From positions 1,152,001 to 1,216,000 of the forward strand of contig CAWDEM010000008.1 of the NCBI GenBank assembly GCA_963801355.1: a stretch of DNA of 64,000 nucleotides, written 5' to 3'. Made by a program: the position numbers and the translations under genes. Numbering within the stretch: the stretch's first letter is position 1; the number at the start of each line of letters is the position of its first letter. Positions 1-8,536 of this stretch are shown one piece after another. The notes under the pieces are model-generated. The model was not told the DNA's origin. It searched no databases and saw nothing but the letters and a program-made list of their open reading frames with translations. The stretch is from Ignavibacteriota bacterium. Its GTDB lineage: Bacteria; Bacteroidota; Ignavibacteria; UBA10030; UBA6906.

Positions 1-2
1 TT

Positions 3-1331
3 CAGGATTACTTCGGCACTCACTTCGTGATGTTCCGAGCCGACAGGACACAGAAAGTTGGCGAGGAAATCTTCAAGAAGTTCAACATCATGGGCACCCC
101 AACCGTGATGATCCTCGATTCAGACGGATCCGAGGTTGATTGGCACGTTGGGTATGGTCCCCCGCCCGAGAAATTCCACGAGCGCATCGACAAGTCTTAC
201 AGAGGAATTGAGACGTTCAAATTTTACGCGGATCAGTATGCCAAAGATCCAAAGAATCTTGACGTCGTCTTCCGCCTGGCTCAAAAGCACGGCGACCGGT
301 ACGATCAGGGCAAGGCCACCCCGTTGTACAGAGAAGTGCTCGCGATTGATCCCGATGGGAAGAAAGGAAGCACAAATTATAACAAGACACAGGTGTCGTA
401 CACTCAGTATGCCGAGTTCCAGATAGCTTCGTTGGCTCTCTACGCGGCAAACGGAGGCCCCGCGGGATTCAAATCATTTATCGCGAAGTATCGGGGCGGC
501 GAACTGGCTAAGTCGGCGTACCAGCGTCTTGCGTCCTTCTATTTGAGTTCAACCGCCAATGACACAGTGACACAATTCTATGAGGAAGCGATCAAGGAGT
601 ACCCGAACGACGCAAGTCTCCTCGGTACTTATGTCGAGTATGTCAACAACAGCAAGCAGAATGTCGATAGGGGCATCGAGGTCGCTGAGAAGATTATGGA
701 GCTCATGACGTACAGGAAGGATCCAAGGTACGTCGGGGCCCTTGCCAAACTCTACGTCCTCAAAGGAGACAAAGCAAAGGCCGACAGCGTGTATGGCAAA
801 GAATTCATCGACAATCAGGTATCTTCCCTTTCTTACAGTCTCATCGACTATGCCAACTTCTGGGCCGGGCAGAACATGAATGCTGGGAGCGCACTTGCAA
901 TGGCCGAGATGTCTCTCAAGCTGAACCCGGATAATTCCTATCTGCTTCGGCGGGCCGCTGAGGTCTGCAGCAAACTCAACAAGCTGGATAGCGCGCTTGA
1001 GTTCTTCGGGCCGGAGTTTGCCGAGAAGAACATCGACGACGCCAATAGACTCTACAGCTACGCGAGTTTCTGGGCGGGCGAGGGGAAGAACCTCAAGAGT
1101 GCACTTGCAGCCGCCAAGAAAGTGGTAGAGCTCTCACCGACTACTCCATCCTACTGGGGGGTTCTTGCTACAGCTCACCAGAAGATGAAGAACTACGATG
1201 AGGCAATCAAAGCGGCAGGGAAAGCAGTCGAATTGGCGGATGACAACCGGAAGGCGTACTACAAAAGCAGGCTCGATGCCATCACGCAGGCCCGCCAGAC
1301 AGACGGTGGGCAGCCGATAGAGGGGAAATAG
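3..1331 (+). CDS. Thioredoxin-like fold + TPR-repeat protein (5' truncated by window edge)
   Basis: Frame is open from position 3. N-terminus 'KKFNIMGTPTVMILDSDGSEVDWHVGY' resembles the cis-Pro half of a thioredoxin fold, followed by several TPR-like helical repeats. Any CxxC site would lie upstream of the window. Confidence 0.75.
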   Translation, partial: QDYFGTHFVMFRADRTQKVGEEIFKKFNIMGTPTVMILDSDGSEVDWHVGYGPPPEKFHERIDKSYRGIETFKFYADQYAKDPKNLDVVFRLAQKHGDRYDQGKATPLYREVLAIDPDGKKGSTNYNKTQVSYTQYAEFQIASLALYAANGGPAGFKSFIAKYRGGELAKSAYQRLASFYLSSTANDTVTQFYEEAIKEYPNDASLLGTYVEYVNNSKQNVDRGIEVAEKIMELMTYRKDPRYVGALAKLYVLKGDKAKADSVYGKEFIDNQVSSLSYSLIDYANFWAGQNMNAGSALAMAEMSLKLNPDNSYLLRRAAEVCSKLNKLDSALEFFGPEFAEKNIDDANRLYSYASFWAGEGKNLKSALAAAKKVVELSPTTPSYWGVLATAHQKMKNYDEAIKAAGKAVELADDNRKAYYKSRLDAITQARQTDGGQPIEGK

Positions 1332-1344
1332 AAGTAGAACCGGA

Positions 1345-1911
1345 TTGCTTGGAGCACCCGTGGCGATCAAAAGAAGTGGTCTGGGGATACTGGTATGGTT
1401 TCTTGTTGGCATGCGTGTTGTGATTGCGCAACCACCATCGAGTGTGGTTTCGGTGACTCTCGACAAGAACAATGTGCACGTGACTGCCGGAGCAGAATTC
1501 ACAGTCGTATTGAATGCAACGATCGCAGCCGGCTGGCACATCAATTCCAGCAAGCCGAGTGAGGAGTCACTCATTCCTACCTGCATCGACGCAAAAGGCA
1601 AGTCAATCACACTCGTCAGTGTCGAGTATCCGAAGGCTGAAGATATCAAGCTCGGGATTTCCGATAGCCCTCTTTCAGTATTTGAAGGTAACTGTCAGTT
1701 TACGCTCACCCTCAAAATCGGTGACGCACTGCAGAGTGGCAGAGAAGCGACGGCGGTCATCTTGTACTACCAGGCGTGCAATGATCAGATCTGCATGCCT
1801 CCGACGAGTGTCAGAGCGACGCTCCTCGTTGATGTCGAAGCGAACGCGAAGAAAAAGCCCTCATTGGATGGCACGGCCACACCAGGAACCGGCCGGTCCG
1901 GCTCTCCGTAG
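1345..1911 (+). CDS. Protein-disulfide reductase DsbD N-terminal domain protein (exported)
   Basis: Hydrophobic N-terminus; 'IAAGWHINS' and 'YYQACNDQICMPP' (C-x4-C) motifs typical of the DsbD alpha domain; start codon uncertain. Confidence 0.8.
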   Translation: MLGAPVAIKRSGLGILVWFLVGMRVVIAQPPSSVVSVTLDKNNVHVTAGAEFTVVLNATIAAGWHINSSKPSEESLIPTCIDAKGKSITLVSVEYPKAEDIKLGISDSPLSVFEGNCQFTLTLKIGDALQSGREATAVILYYQACNDQICMPPTSVRATLLVDVEANAKKKPSLDGTATPGTGRSGSP

Positions 1912-2053
1912 GCAAAGGACAGAGTTCGCAACAACTCACAACTCCATTCATTGCACGTTTGCAGTTCCAGGCTCAGGGACCAATCGTCACAACTGCTTTG
2001 GAAGGGCTGGCTCAGATCTTCTTAGACTCAGGTAAAACGCCATCTCCGGGACG

Positions 2054-3115
2054 CTATTTCTTTCCGATCTGTTTCTTTGAAGTCTTGATCATTCGGCCAA
2101 ACTGCCTGTCTTTCTTGCGCCTCTCCAGGCGCGACAACTGATGAAACTCAGACTCCTTCCTCAACTTGATGTAACTCTGGTACCGCTGCTCACTCAACCC
2201 ACCGCTTTCAAGTGCCATCAGTATTGCGCAACCGACTTCGCTCGTATGTGTGCAATCACTGAAACGGCAATCCTTAGAGAGTCCATGAATATCGGAAAAG
2301 CTATCATCGATGCTTTCGCCGACGGCGATCAAGCCCAGTTCCCTCATCCCGGGTGTATCAATAAGTAGAGCGCCGCTATCCAGGGCAATCAATTGCCGGC
2401 TTGCTGTAGTATGTCTCCCTCTGCCGTCTTTCTCGCGTATAGGATTTGTCTCAAACAGCTCCTGACCCATGAGATGATTCACGAGCGTCGTCTTGCCAAC
2501 CCCGGAGGGTCCCAGCAGGCAATACGTTCTTCCTCCCTCAAGCAACCCTTTCAGTGCATCCAGTCCGCTTGGGGCAAGGCTGCTGATTGGGATGACTTTG
2601 GCGCCAATATGCGCGGATCTGATCTCTGAAATCCTCTTCTCCAGATCTGCTGCACTAACGATGTCACTTTTGCTGAGGAGGACTACTGGCTCGATATGAC
2701 CCTCGATCACCATGACGAGGTATCGTTCCAAGCTGCGCAGGTTCAGGTTGTCACAGGACTGGACTATCAGGCCTTTGTCGATATTTGATGCAATCATCTG
2801 AAAGTCAATGTTTTTACCGGCAGACTTCCGGCGCAGAAAGGATCTTCTGGGGAGCAGGGCATGAATGATTGCGAGGGTGCCGTCATTGTGATACTGCACC
2901 AGGACCCAGTCACCGACGCACGGGAGGTCTTGACTCGAGTCAGCAGAGAACAACAGTCTCCCGGTCAGCTCGGCCAGGACTTCGTTCTCTTCATTCCTGA
3001 CAAGATATCTGTCCCGGTCGACCCTGGCGATGCGTGCAACGCTGCAGTCCGGCCTCTGCAGCTCCTCTCGCTTCTGTTGAAACCAATGATCAAATCCAAG
3101 ATCTGCTAGTTCCAT
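2054..3115 (-). CDS. rsgA: Ribosome small subunit-dependent GTPase A
   Basis: Circularly permuted GTPase motifs SKSD, GPSGVGKTT, GRHTT, DTPG and zinc finger CRFSDCTHTSEVGC. Start moved to the ATG at 3115 (MELADLG). Confidence 0.95.
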   Translation of the reverse strand: MELADLGFDHWFQQKREELQRPDCSVARIARVDRDRYLVRNEENEVLAELTGRLLFSADSSQDLPCVGDWVLVQYHNDGTLAIIHALLPRRSFLRRKSAGKNIDFQMIASNIDKGLIVQSCDNLNLRSLERYLVMVIEGHIEPVVLLSKSDIVSAADLEKRISEIRSAHIGAKVIPISSLAPSGLDALKGLLEGGRTYCLLGPSGVGKTTLVNHLMGQELFETNPIREKDGRGRHTTASRQLIALDSGALLIDTPGMRELGLIAVGESIDDSFSDIHGLSKDCRFSDCTHTSEVGCAILMALESGGLSEQRYQSYIKLRKESEFHQLSRLERRKKDRQFGRMIKTSKKQIGKK

Positions 3116-3243
3116 CGTTTTTCTCAAATTGGAAAGCACCCATACCAATCAGGGGTGAGATTGGTCACGCCATATCTGAACTATGCACGCTTCGGTGGTG
3201 GGAGTGTCACAGCCTTTCATGTATTTTGTGCGCCATCCCCGCC

Positions 3244-4092
3244 TCATCTGATTCTGACTATACCCTCTGCAATTGATGGGAACCCGGCGAGCACGAGTGG
3301 ATCATGCCCGGGGATAATCAAAGTGGTATCGGAGACAAGCGTCTTCATTCGTCGCAGTTGCCGGATGTACGCTGCGGGGTCCTGGACCAATACTACGGAG
3401 ATCAGTTCGTGCAGGTTGTGGTAGAACCAGCAATCGTCAGATGCAAGAAGCACCTTGTCCGTTTGGGTGTCTACGAGAAGGTGCTGGCTTTCGTACGTGT
3501 GTTTTGAGCCGATAAATGTCCGGATGCCCGGGATGATTTCCAGGCTGTCGCCGTTCACGAGTGTGAGTCTTCCGTCCAGGTTGGCCTGCACGATCATCAG
3601 AACGTCTTGCTTGTCAAACCCACCATGCGATCCCCCTTTCTGCCAAGCAGCACCGACGAAGGCATCGTAGTCATTCTTCTGCATCCAGACATTCGCCTTC
3701 TGGAAGAGACTGAGCCCGCCGATGTGATCATAGTGGGGGTGCGTGATGATGACATCGGTGATCTCGTTCGGTTCGACGCCCATGCGTCGAAGTGCGAGGT
3801 CTGGGCGCACATAGTATGCGTATGACTTCCGGATCATCGCAGTATCTCCGACAAAACCCACGTCCACGAGAATGCGACGATCGTTGTGACCTCGCAGATA
3901 CCAGATGTAGTATACGAAGGCAACACTGTCTTTCGACTGCGTGTTGAGCGCGACCTTGGAGACAGCCGCGTACCCGTTCCCTCGAGCATACTCGATTGCA
4001 TACACGTCATACACATTCTGGGTTTGCGACAGTCCCGAAGTGGCACCAAAGCAACAGAAGAAAAGCGTTGCCACGAAAAGCTTCAGCCTCAT
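3244..4092 (-). CDS. Exported metallo-beta-lactamase-fold hydrolase, N-acyl homoserine lactonase-like
   Basis: THPHYDHIGG (HxHxDH) and C-terminal PGHD motifs; signal peptide after the ATG at 4092, which has an AGGAGG RBS. Confidence 0.85.
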   Translation of the reverse strand: MRLKLFVATLFFCCFGATSGLSQTQNVYDVYAIEYARGNGYAAVSKVALNTQSKDSVAFVYYIWYLRGHNDRRILVDVGFVGDTAMIRKSYAYYVRPDLALRRMGVEPNEITDVIITHPHYDHIGGLSLFQKANVWMQKNDYDAFVGAAWQKGGSHGGFDKQDVLMIVQANLDGRLTLVNGDSLEIIPGIRTFIGSKHTYESQHLLVDTQTDKVLLASDDCWFYHNLHELISVVLVQDPAAYIRQLRRMKTLVSDTTLIIPGHDPLVLAGFPSIAEGIVRIR

Positions 4093-4278
4093 GCCAGCCT
4101 CCTGGTTGTGCCAAAAGGTACGCGGAAACCACGGGATAGTCAATTCACTGAACGAAACCAGAGTCTCAAAAGAACAAAGCCTCTATCAATGGTGACGCTG
4201 GAGTTCTGGCCCGGATGGAATTTGGGAGAGGGATACTCTCCAGAGCAGAATGTCGGCACTTCAAGGTCAGATGTTGCC

Positions 4279-4307
4279 TTGACATTGTGTACATAATGTG
4301 ATTTACT
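4279..4307 (+). promoter_or_regulatory. Sigma70-type promoter with overlapping palindromic operator
   Basis: TTGACA (4279-4284) - 17 bp - TTTACT (4302-4307). The near-perfect palindrome ACATTGTGTACATAATGT (4282-4299) covers the spacer. Confidence 0.7.
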
Positions 4308-4310
4308 GCA

Positions 4311-4378
4311 ATGTCGTTTTGAAGACCGCATTCCCGAGTCGGAAGTTCCAGAAGAGATGGGGAGGCCAGCAACCATGA
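4311..4378 (+). pseudogene. Remnant of a BrnT-like toxin gene (only the C-terminal 19 codons remain)
   Basis: 4319-4378 reads LKTAFPSRKFQKRWGGQQP*, resembling the 'LKTxxPSRK' end of this toxin family. Its TGA overlaps the antitoxin ATG (ATGA). Confidence 0.6.
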
Positions 4379-4674
4379 GTGTGAAGCTCGACAAATATGA
4401 ACGAGAGATTGAACGCGAAGCTGATGCATATCGGTCAGTCTCGAAAAAGGAACGGGACAAGCTTGAGGGAATGCTTGACAAGATACGCAAGACACGCAAC
4501 GTGAATATCCGTATCTCGGAGTCTGTTCTAGAGCAGTTGAAACGTCGATCGCAAGAAGAAGGGATTCCTTATCAGACTCTGATTTCGAGCATTCTGCACA
4601 AGTATGTGACGGATCGGCTCGTTGATGAGAAGGCAATTCGTCGATCGATGCATCTGCTTTCCTCTTCACGCTAG
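4375..4674 (+). CDS. CopG/BrnA-like antitoxin (ribbon-helix-helix)
   Basis: 'VNIRISESVLEQLKRRSQEEGIPYQTLISSILHKYV' matches the family pattern. Confidence 0.85.
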   Translation: MSVKLDKYEREIEREADAYRSVSKKERDKLEGMLDKIRKTRNVNIRISESVLEQLKRRSQEEGIPYQTLISSILHKYVTDRLVDEKAIRRSMHLLSSSR

Positions 4675-4811
4675 CACTTCGTACTCGTAGGGGGACGTAT
4701 TCCATCCCCTACGCCGCCTGTCTTTTCCGATTCACCCGGCTTCGGAATCTGGTGCTGAATCCCCTGATGCGGTCGCTGACCGTCATAGAACGCGACATAT
4801 TCATCCACAAT
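4671..4811 (-). mobile_element. Integrase-core (rve) transposase C-terminal remnant
   Basis: Minus strand translates as IVDEYVAFYDGQRPHQGIQHQIP, resembling the 'YN..RPHQG' tail of integrase-core transposases. Confidence 0.6.
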
Positions 4812-4965
4812 ACTACATCCTCGCCGACGACAAAGCCCCTCTTCGGACTGAATCTGTGCGCGTTCCCCTCTCCTTCACTCAATGACTCTTGTCCACTGAC
4901 CTTCCCATCGCACAGAACAATACATTCAACTCATGATCCGTGGTGGCGTTTTGCTACGCATGGAA

Positions 4966-5280
4966 TTATAGCAGCAGACTTTCGCGGGAGACATTCTGGT
5001 AGAATGGTGTCGCAACCGATTGCTCACTACGTCAGTCGTCGATGCTTCGGACAACTACCGAAATCACCTCACCGCTCATCCACTCAATTTCATAGAGTGC
5101 CCGGCGAAGCCTGTGTACTAGATCATCGGAAACAGGGCTTTGCAGCAATACGAGGAGATCCCAATCAGATTCGGGCCGTGCTGTGTCCTGCGCTCTGGAA
5201 CCATACAGGTACAGTTGTGCCGTAGGCGCAATAATGCGCACCGCCCCTCCCATCCGCTCTATGAGTTCGCTCCGTTTCAT
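4966..5280 (-). pseudogene. Minimal nucleotidyltransferase (MNT-type antitoxin) with an internal TGA
   Basis: LYGSRA..D....SDWD motif. After the TGA at 5034-5032 the frame continues RSEQSVATPFYQNVSRESLLL*, a typical MNT C-terminus. No HEPN partner visible. Confidence 0.75.
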
Positions 5281-5406
5281 CGAGGCCGAATAGTCTCGTA
5301 GTTCAGACGAAAGCTAATAAAGGAAGTGACGAAACGCATCCGCGAGCAAGACAGCGAATCCGAACCCAAATTCTTCTTCAGTGGCATGACCGATGCATTC
5401 AACTCT

Positions 5407-5498
5407 ACAAAAGAGACAGTTCTCGTCCTCAAGCCCGAAACAGTCATCCGGTGGCACCCCGATAAGGATTCAGATTGTACTGGAGGTGGAAGAGCTGA
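5407..5498 (+). mobile_element. Integrase-core transposase N-terminal remnant (frameshifted)
   Basis: VLVLKPETVIRWH followed in another frame by GFRLYWRWKS*, a characteristic segment of this transposase family. Confidence 0.65.
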
Positions 5499-5653
5499 TC
5501 ACCTTCGCTCACTTGGGCAGTCTATACTTGGTCGAGGCGGCGAAACAAAAAGCCCGGACATCTCTGCCCGGGCCATTGCTGAACTCAGAGACTGCTGACC
5601 CTCATGCCCTCCCATCGGCCTTGGAGGGATAAGGAACATTCACCAGGCCAGGT

Positions 5654-6253
5654 TCAATGTTCTTTGATGATACCGGTGCCGGTGGCCTGCCAGCCGGTGG
5701 GCAGTGGGTAATGATTGTTGTCAGTGGTCACCCTGAGGACGGCATTTGTAAAGATTTGCATTCCATCAATAGTCCCCCCTCTTCCGTGTCCCACCATCTT
5801 CAGAGGCAACGTGAAGACAAACGGATCAGCTGTTCTGGACCTGTATCCCTCGTAAGTACCTTCCCACGTTCCACCGCCAGCGCCTGCAGGTTTTGATGTC
5901 CACGACCCGTGGCAAGGACCCTCGCCGGTTGCAAGGTCGAGCTTAAGACTTAGCAGGTGCTCCATTCTTCCTGATACACGCGCGTCGGATGCGGTAACCA
6001 AGTCCACTATGGGTACATCCTTCATGTGCACGGTGTTTCCCGCAATCTTCAGGTATGGTGTGGGATCAACCGGAACAACTATGGGGACACTGAGGATAAG
6101 GTCGAAAGGTACATTGGTGCTCTTCTCCAGTGAAGCCGGTGTTTGTGCCGACTGGTCTGTCGGCGATACCGGCACAGCCGAGTTGTCCGAACACCCCACC
6201 ACCACAAACGCCAAGGTCGCCATCAGCAGCAAAACAAAAGAGACGGTTTTCAT
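5654..6253 (-). CDS. Hypothetical lipoprotein
   Basis: MKTVSFVLLLMATLAFVVVG-C lipobox-type signal, Ser/Pro-rich linker, beta-rich mature domain. Confidence 0.75.
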   Translation of the reverse strand: MKTVSFVLLLMATLAFVVVGCSDNSAVPVSPTDQSAQTPASLEKSTNVPFDLILSVPIVVPVDPTPYLKIAGNTVHMKDVPIVDLVTASDARVSGRMEHLLSLKLDLATGEGPCHGSWTSKPAGAGGGTWEGTYEGYRSRTADPFVFTLPLKMVGHGRGGTIDGMQIFTNAVLRVTTDNNHYPLPTGWQATGTGIIKEH

Positions 6254-6346
6254 GACTTTGCCCTTTCTGGAATGTTGTGTAATATTAGGATTGTCGCTGC
6301 CGCACATCGTCCTCCCGGTCCAGGCGAGAGGACGCGTGCGGTCGAC

Positions 6347-8512
6347 TCATTTCATGAGCACCAGTCGCTTCGTGTGTACCTCGTCCCCCGCCACCAGGCG
6401 GTAGAAATAGACCCCGCTGGAAAGTCTGAACCCATCGAACTTAGCCTCGTGATAACCTGCGCCTTGTTCCCCATTGATGAGTTCAGCGACCCGCTGACCA
6501 AGAATGTTGAAGACGGTCAAGCATACTCGTGTCCGCACTGGCAAGCCGTAGCGGATTGTCGTTGAGGGATTGAATGGGTTCGGGTAGTTCTGATGGAGCA
6601 CACAATCCCGTGGCAACTGCTGCTCGCTCTCAGCACCCGTATTCGTTTCTGACAACGACCGTCTCCAGACACCATTGCCAGCCCCGGCAAAGATGTCTGC
6701 ACCCGAGATGGCAAAGGACCTGATTGTAGTGTTCGTCAAGCCGGCATTGATACCGCTCCAGTGTGTGCCGTTGTCGGTGGAAAGGAAGACGCCCAGATTG
6801 TCAGGCGCAACGAATACCCGTGTACCGTGAGCCGTAATGGCTACAATGGACTCAGGTTGATTGCGATTCAAATTGTCCGATGGAAGTCCATTGCTCACGG
6901 CTGTCCAGCTTGTGCCGTTGTTCGTGGAGAGAAACACGCCATTGCTCCATGTCCCGGCGAAGAGATTTGTATCTGAGACCGCTAGCGAATAGATGCCTCC
7001 CGGCAGACCGGCATTGACTGCCGTCCAATGAGAGCCGTTGTCGGTGGTACGAAAGACGCTGCCGGAAATCCCGGCGAAGAGATACTGGCCTGAGACCGCA
7101 AGCGCGGAGGTAGTCGCGTTGTCCGGCAGGCCGGAATTCACTGCTGTCCAGCTCGCACCCTTGTTGGTGGAAAGACAGACACCGGCATATGTGCCGGCAA
7201 AGAGATTCGTGTCCAAGACGGCAAGAGCGAGGACAGTGGTATCCATCAGGCCGGAATTTGCGGGGGTCCAGCTCGCACCGCTGTCGGTGGAACGATAGAT
7301 CCCCGAGCCGAAAGCCATCGAACTCCTCGTGCCTGCAAAGAGATGTGACCCGATGGCAGCAAAACAACTGACATGCACAGTCTCCTCGAAATCGAGAGGA
7401 AGCCGTACCCAGGTCGAGCCATTGTCGGTCGAACGAAACATGTTTCCCTCATATGCTCCCGCCAACATCTCTGTACCGAAGAGTCCAAGGGCATAGACGG
7501 GAATGTTGAGCATCCCCGTGTTGACCTCTGCCCAACTTCCCCCGTTGTCAGTCGAGCGATAGACTCCTCGCTCGCGTGTGCCTGCGAAGATGCTCGTGCC
7601 GGAAACGGCAAGCCCCCCCACGCTGGCATTTGACGGCACACCGTCACGGAGCGCAGTCCAGCTCGTGCCATGGTCTGTCGAGAGATAGATGCCGCTGCGA
7701 TAGGTCCCTGCAAACAGATGCACACCAGCTGTCCCGCCACTTGCGGGAGAAACAGCGAGAGACCAGATATTGGTGGTCGTGAGGCCGCCATTGACCGCCG
7801 TCCAATGCGCACCGCTGTCGGTGGAGAGAAAGACCCCTGCCTGATTTGTCCCGGCAAAGAGCAACATGCCCCCTGAGCCGGCTTCACCGGGGCACACAGC
7901 AAGGCAATGGACAGAGGGATAGAAGCCGTACGGGGATCTTGGTATGCCCTCATTGACCGCAACCCAATTTGTCCCGTTGTTCGTGGAGAGGAAGACGCCG
8001 CTGGAAGTCCCGGCAAAAAGGTTGGTTCCACATTGGATCATCTGTGAGAATTCTGAGAAGGGTGTATTCGCCGGCATCCAGCCGGCGCCGTTGTCGATGG
8101 AAAGGAAGACGCCACTTCCATAGGTCGAGGCATAGAGACGGCTGCCGACGGTGGCGAGGGCACTGAGACCGGAAGCGGTAAATCCGGAAGCTACCTCCGT
8201 CCAACTTGCGCCGTTGTCGGTGGAGCGGAAGATGCTATTGAAGTAAGTTGCAGCATAGAGATTCGTGCCCGACACGGCAAGAGCGTTAACAGAGGTATTC
8301 GTTAATCCGGTATTGACCGGCGTCCAGCTTGCGCCGTTGTCGACTGCATGGAAAACACCGCCACACCGCCCCCCGGCAAAAACATCGGTTCCAATCACCG
8401 CGAAGCACGTCACCTCTCCCCCGTAGGGGCCATTCGTGGGAACCCACTGAGCACCGGAGTACGAATGACAGAGGACAGCCGCCAGTGTGAGACAGATGAA
8501 TAGAGTCTTCAT
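6347..8512 (-). CDS. BNR/Asp-box beta-propeller protein with T9SS CTD
   Basis: Signal peptide; many S-T-D/N-x-G-x-x-W repeats; QNYPNPFNP...YFYRLVAG...KRLVLMK CTD. Confidence 0.9.
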   Translation of the reverse strand: MKTLFICLTLAAVLCHSYSGAQWVPTNGPYGGEVTCFAVIGTDVFAGGRCGGVFHAVDNGASWTPVNTGLTNTSVNALAVSGTNLYAATYFNSIFRSTDNGASWTEVASGFTASGLSALATVGSRLYASTYGSGVFLSIDNGAGWMPANTPFSEFSQMIQCGTNLFAGTSSGVFLSTNNGTNWVAVNEGIPRSPYGFYPSVHCLAVCPGEAGSGGMLLFAGTNQAGVFLSTDSGAHWTAVNGGLTTTNIWSLAVSPASGGTAGVHLFAGTYRSGIYLSTDHGTSWTALRDGVPSNASVGGLAVSGTSIFAGTRERGVYRSTDNGGSWAEVNTGMLNIPVYALGLFGTEMLAGAYEGNMFRSTDNGSTWVRLPLDFEETVHVSCFAAIGSHLFAGTRSSMAFGSGIYRSTDSGASWTPANSGLMDTTVLALAVLDTNLFAGTYAGVCLSTNKGASWTAVNSGLPDNATTSALAVSGQYLFAGISGSVFRTTDNGSHWTAVNAGLPGGIYSLAVSDTNLFAGTWSNGVFLSTNNGTSWTAVSNGLPSDNLNRNQPESIVAITAHGTRVFVAPDNLGVFLSTDNGTHWSGINAGLTNTTIRSFAISGADIFAGAGNGVWRRSLSETNTGAESEQQLPRDCVLHQNYPNPFNPSTTIRYGLPVRTRVCLTVFNILGQRVAELINGEQGAGYHEAKFDGFRLSSGVYFYRLVAGDEVHTKRLVLMK

Positions 8513-8536
8513 CGTATCCTCCAGAGAATGCGCCCG

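Noticed and set aside
3244-4092. Beta-lactamase resistance gene or proven quorum-quenching enzyme
   Set aside because: Only the generic MBL-fold motif is evident; substrate cannot be assigned from sequence by eye.
5032-5034. TGA recoding (Trp or selenocysteine)
   Set aside because: A single case; many intact genes here end in TGA and use TGG for Trp. A nonsense mutation or read error is simpler.
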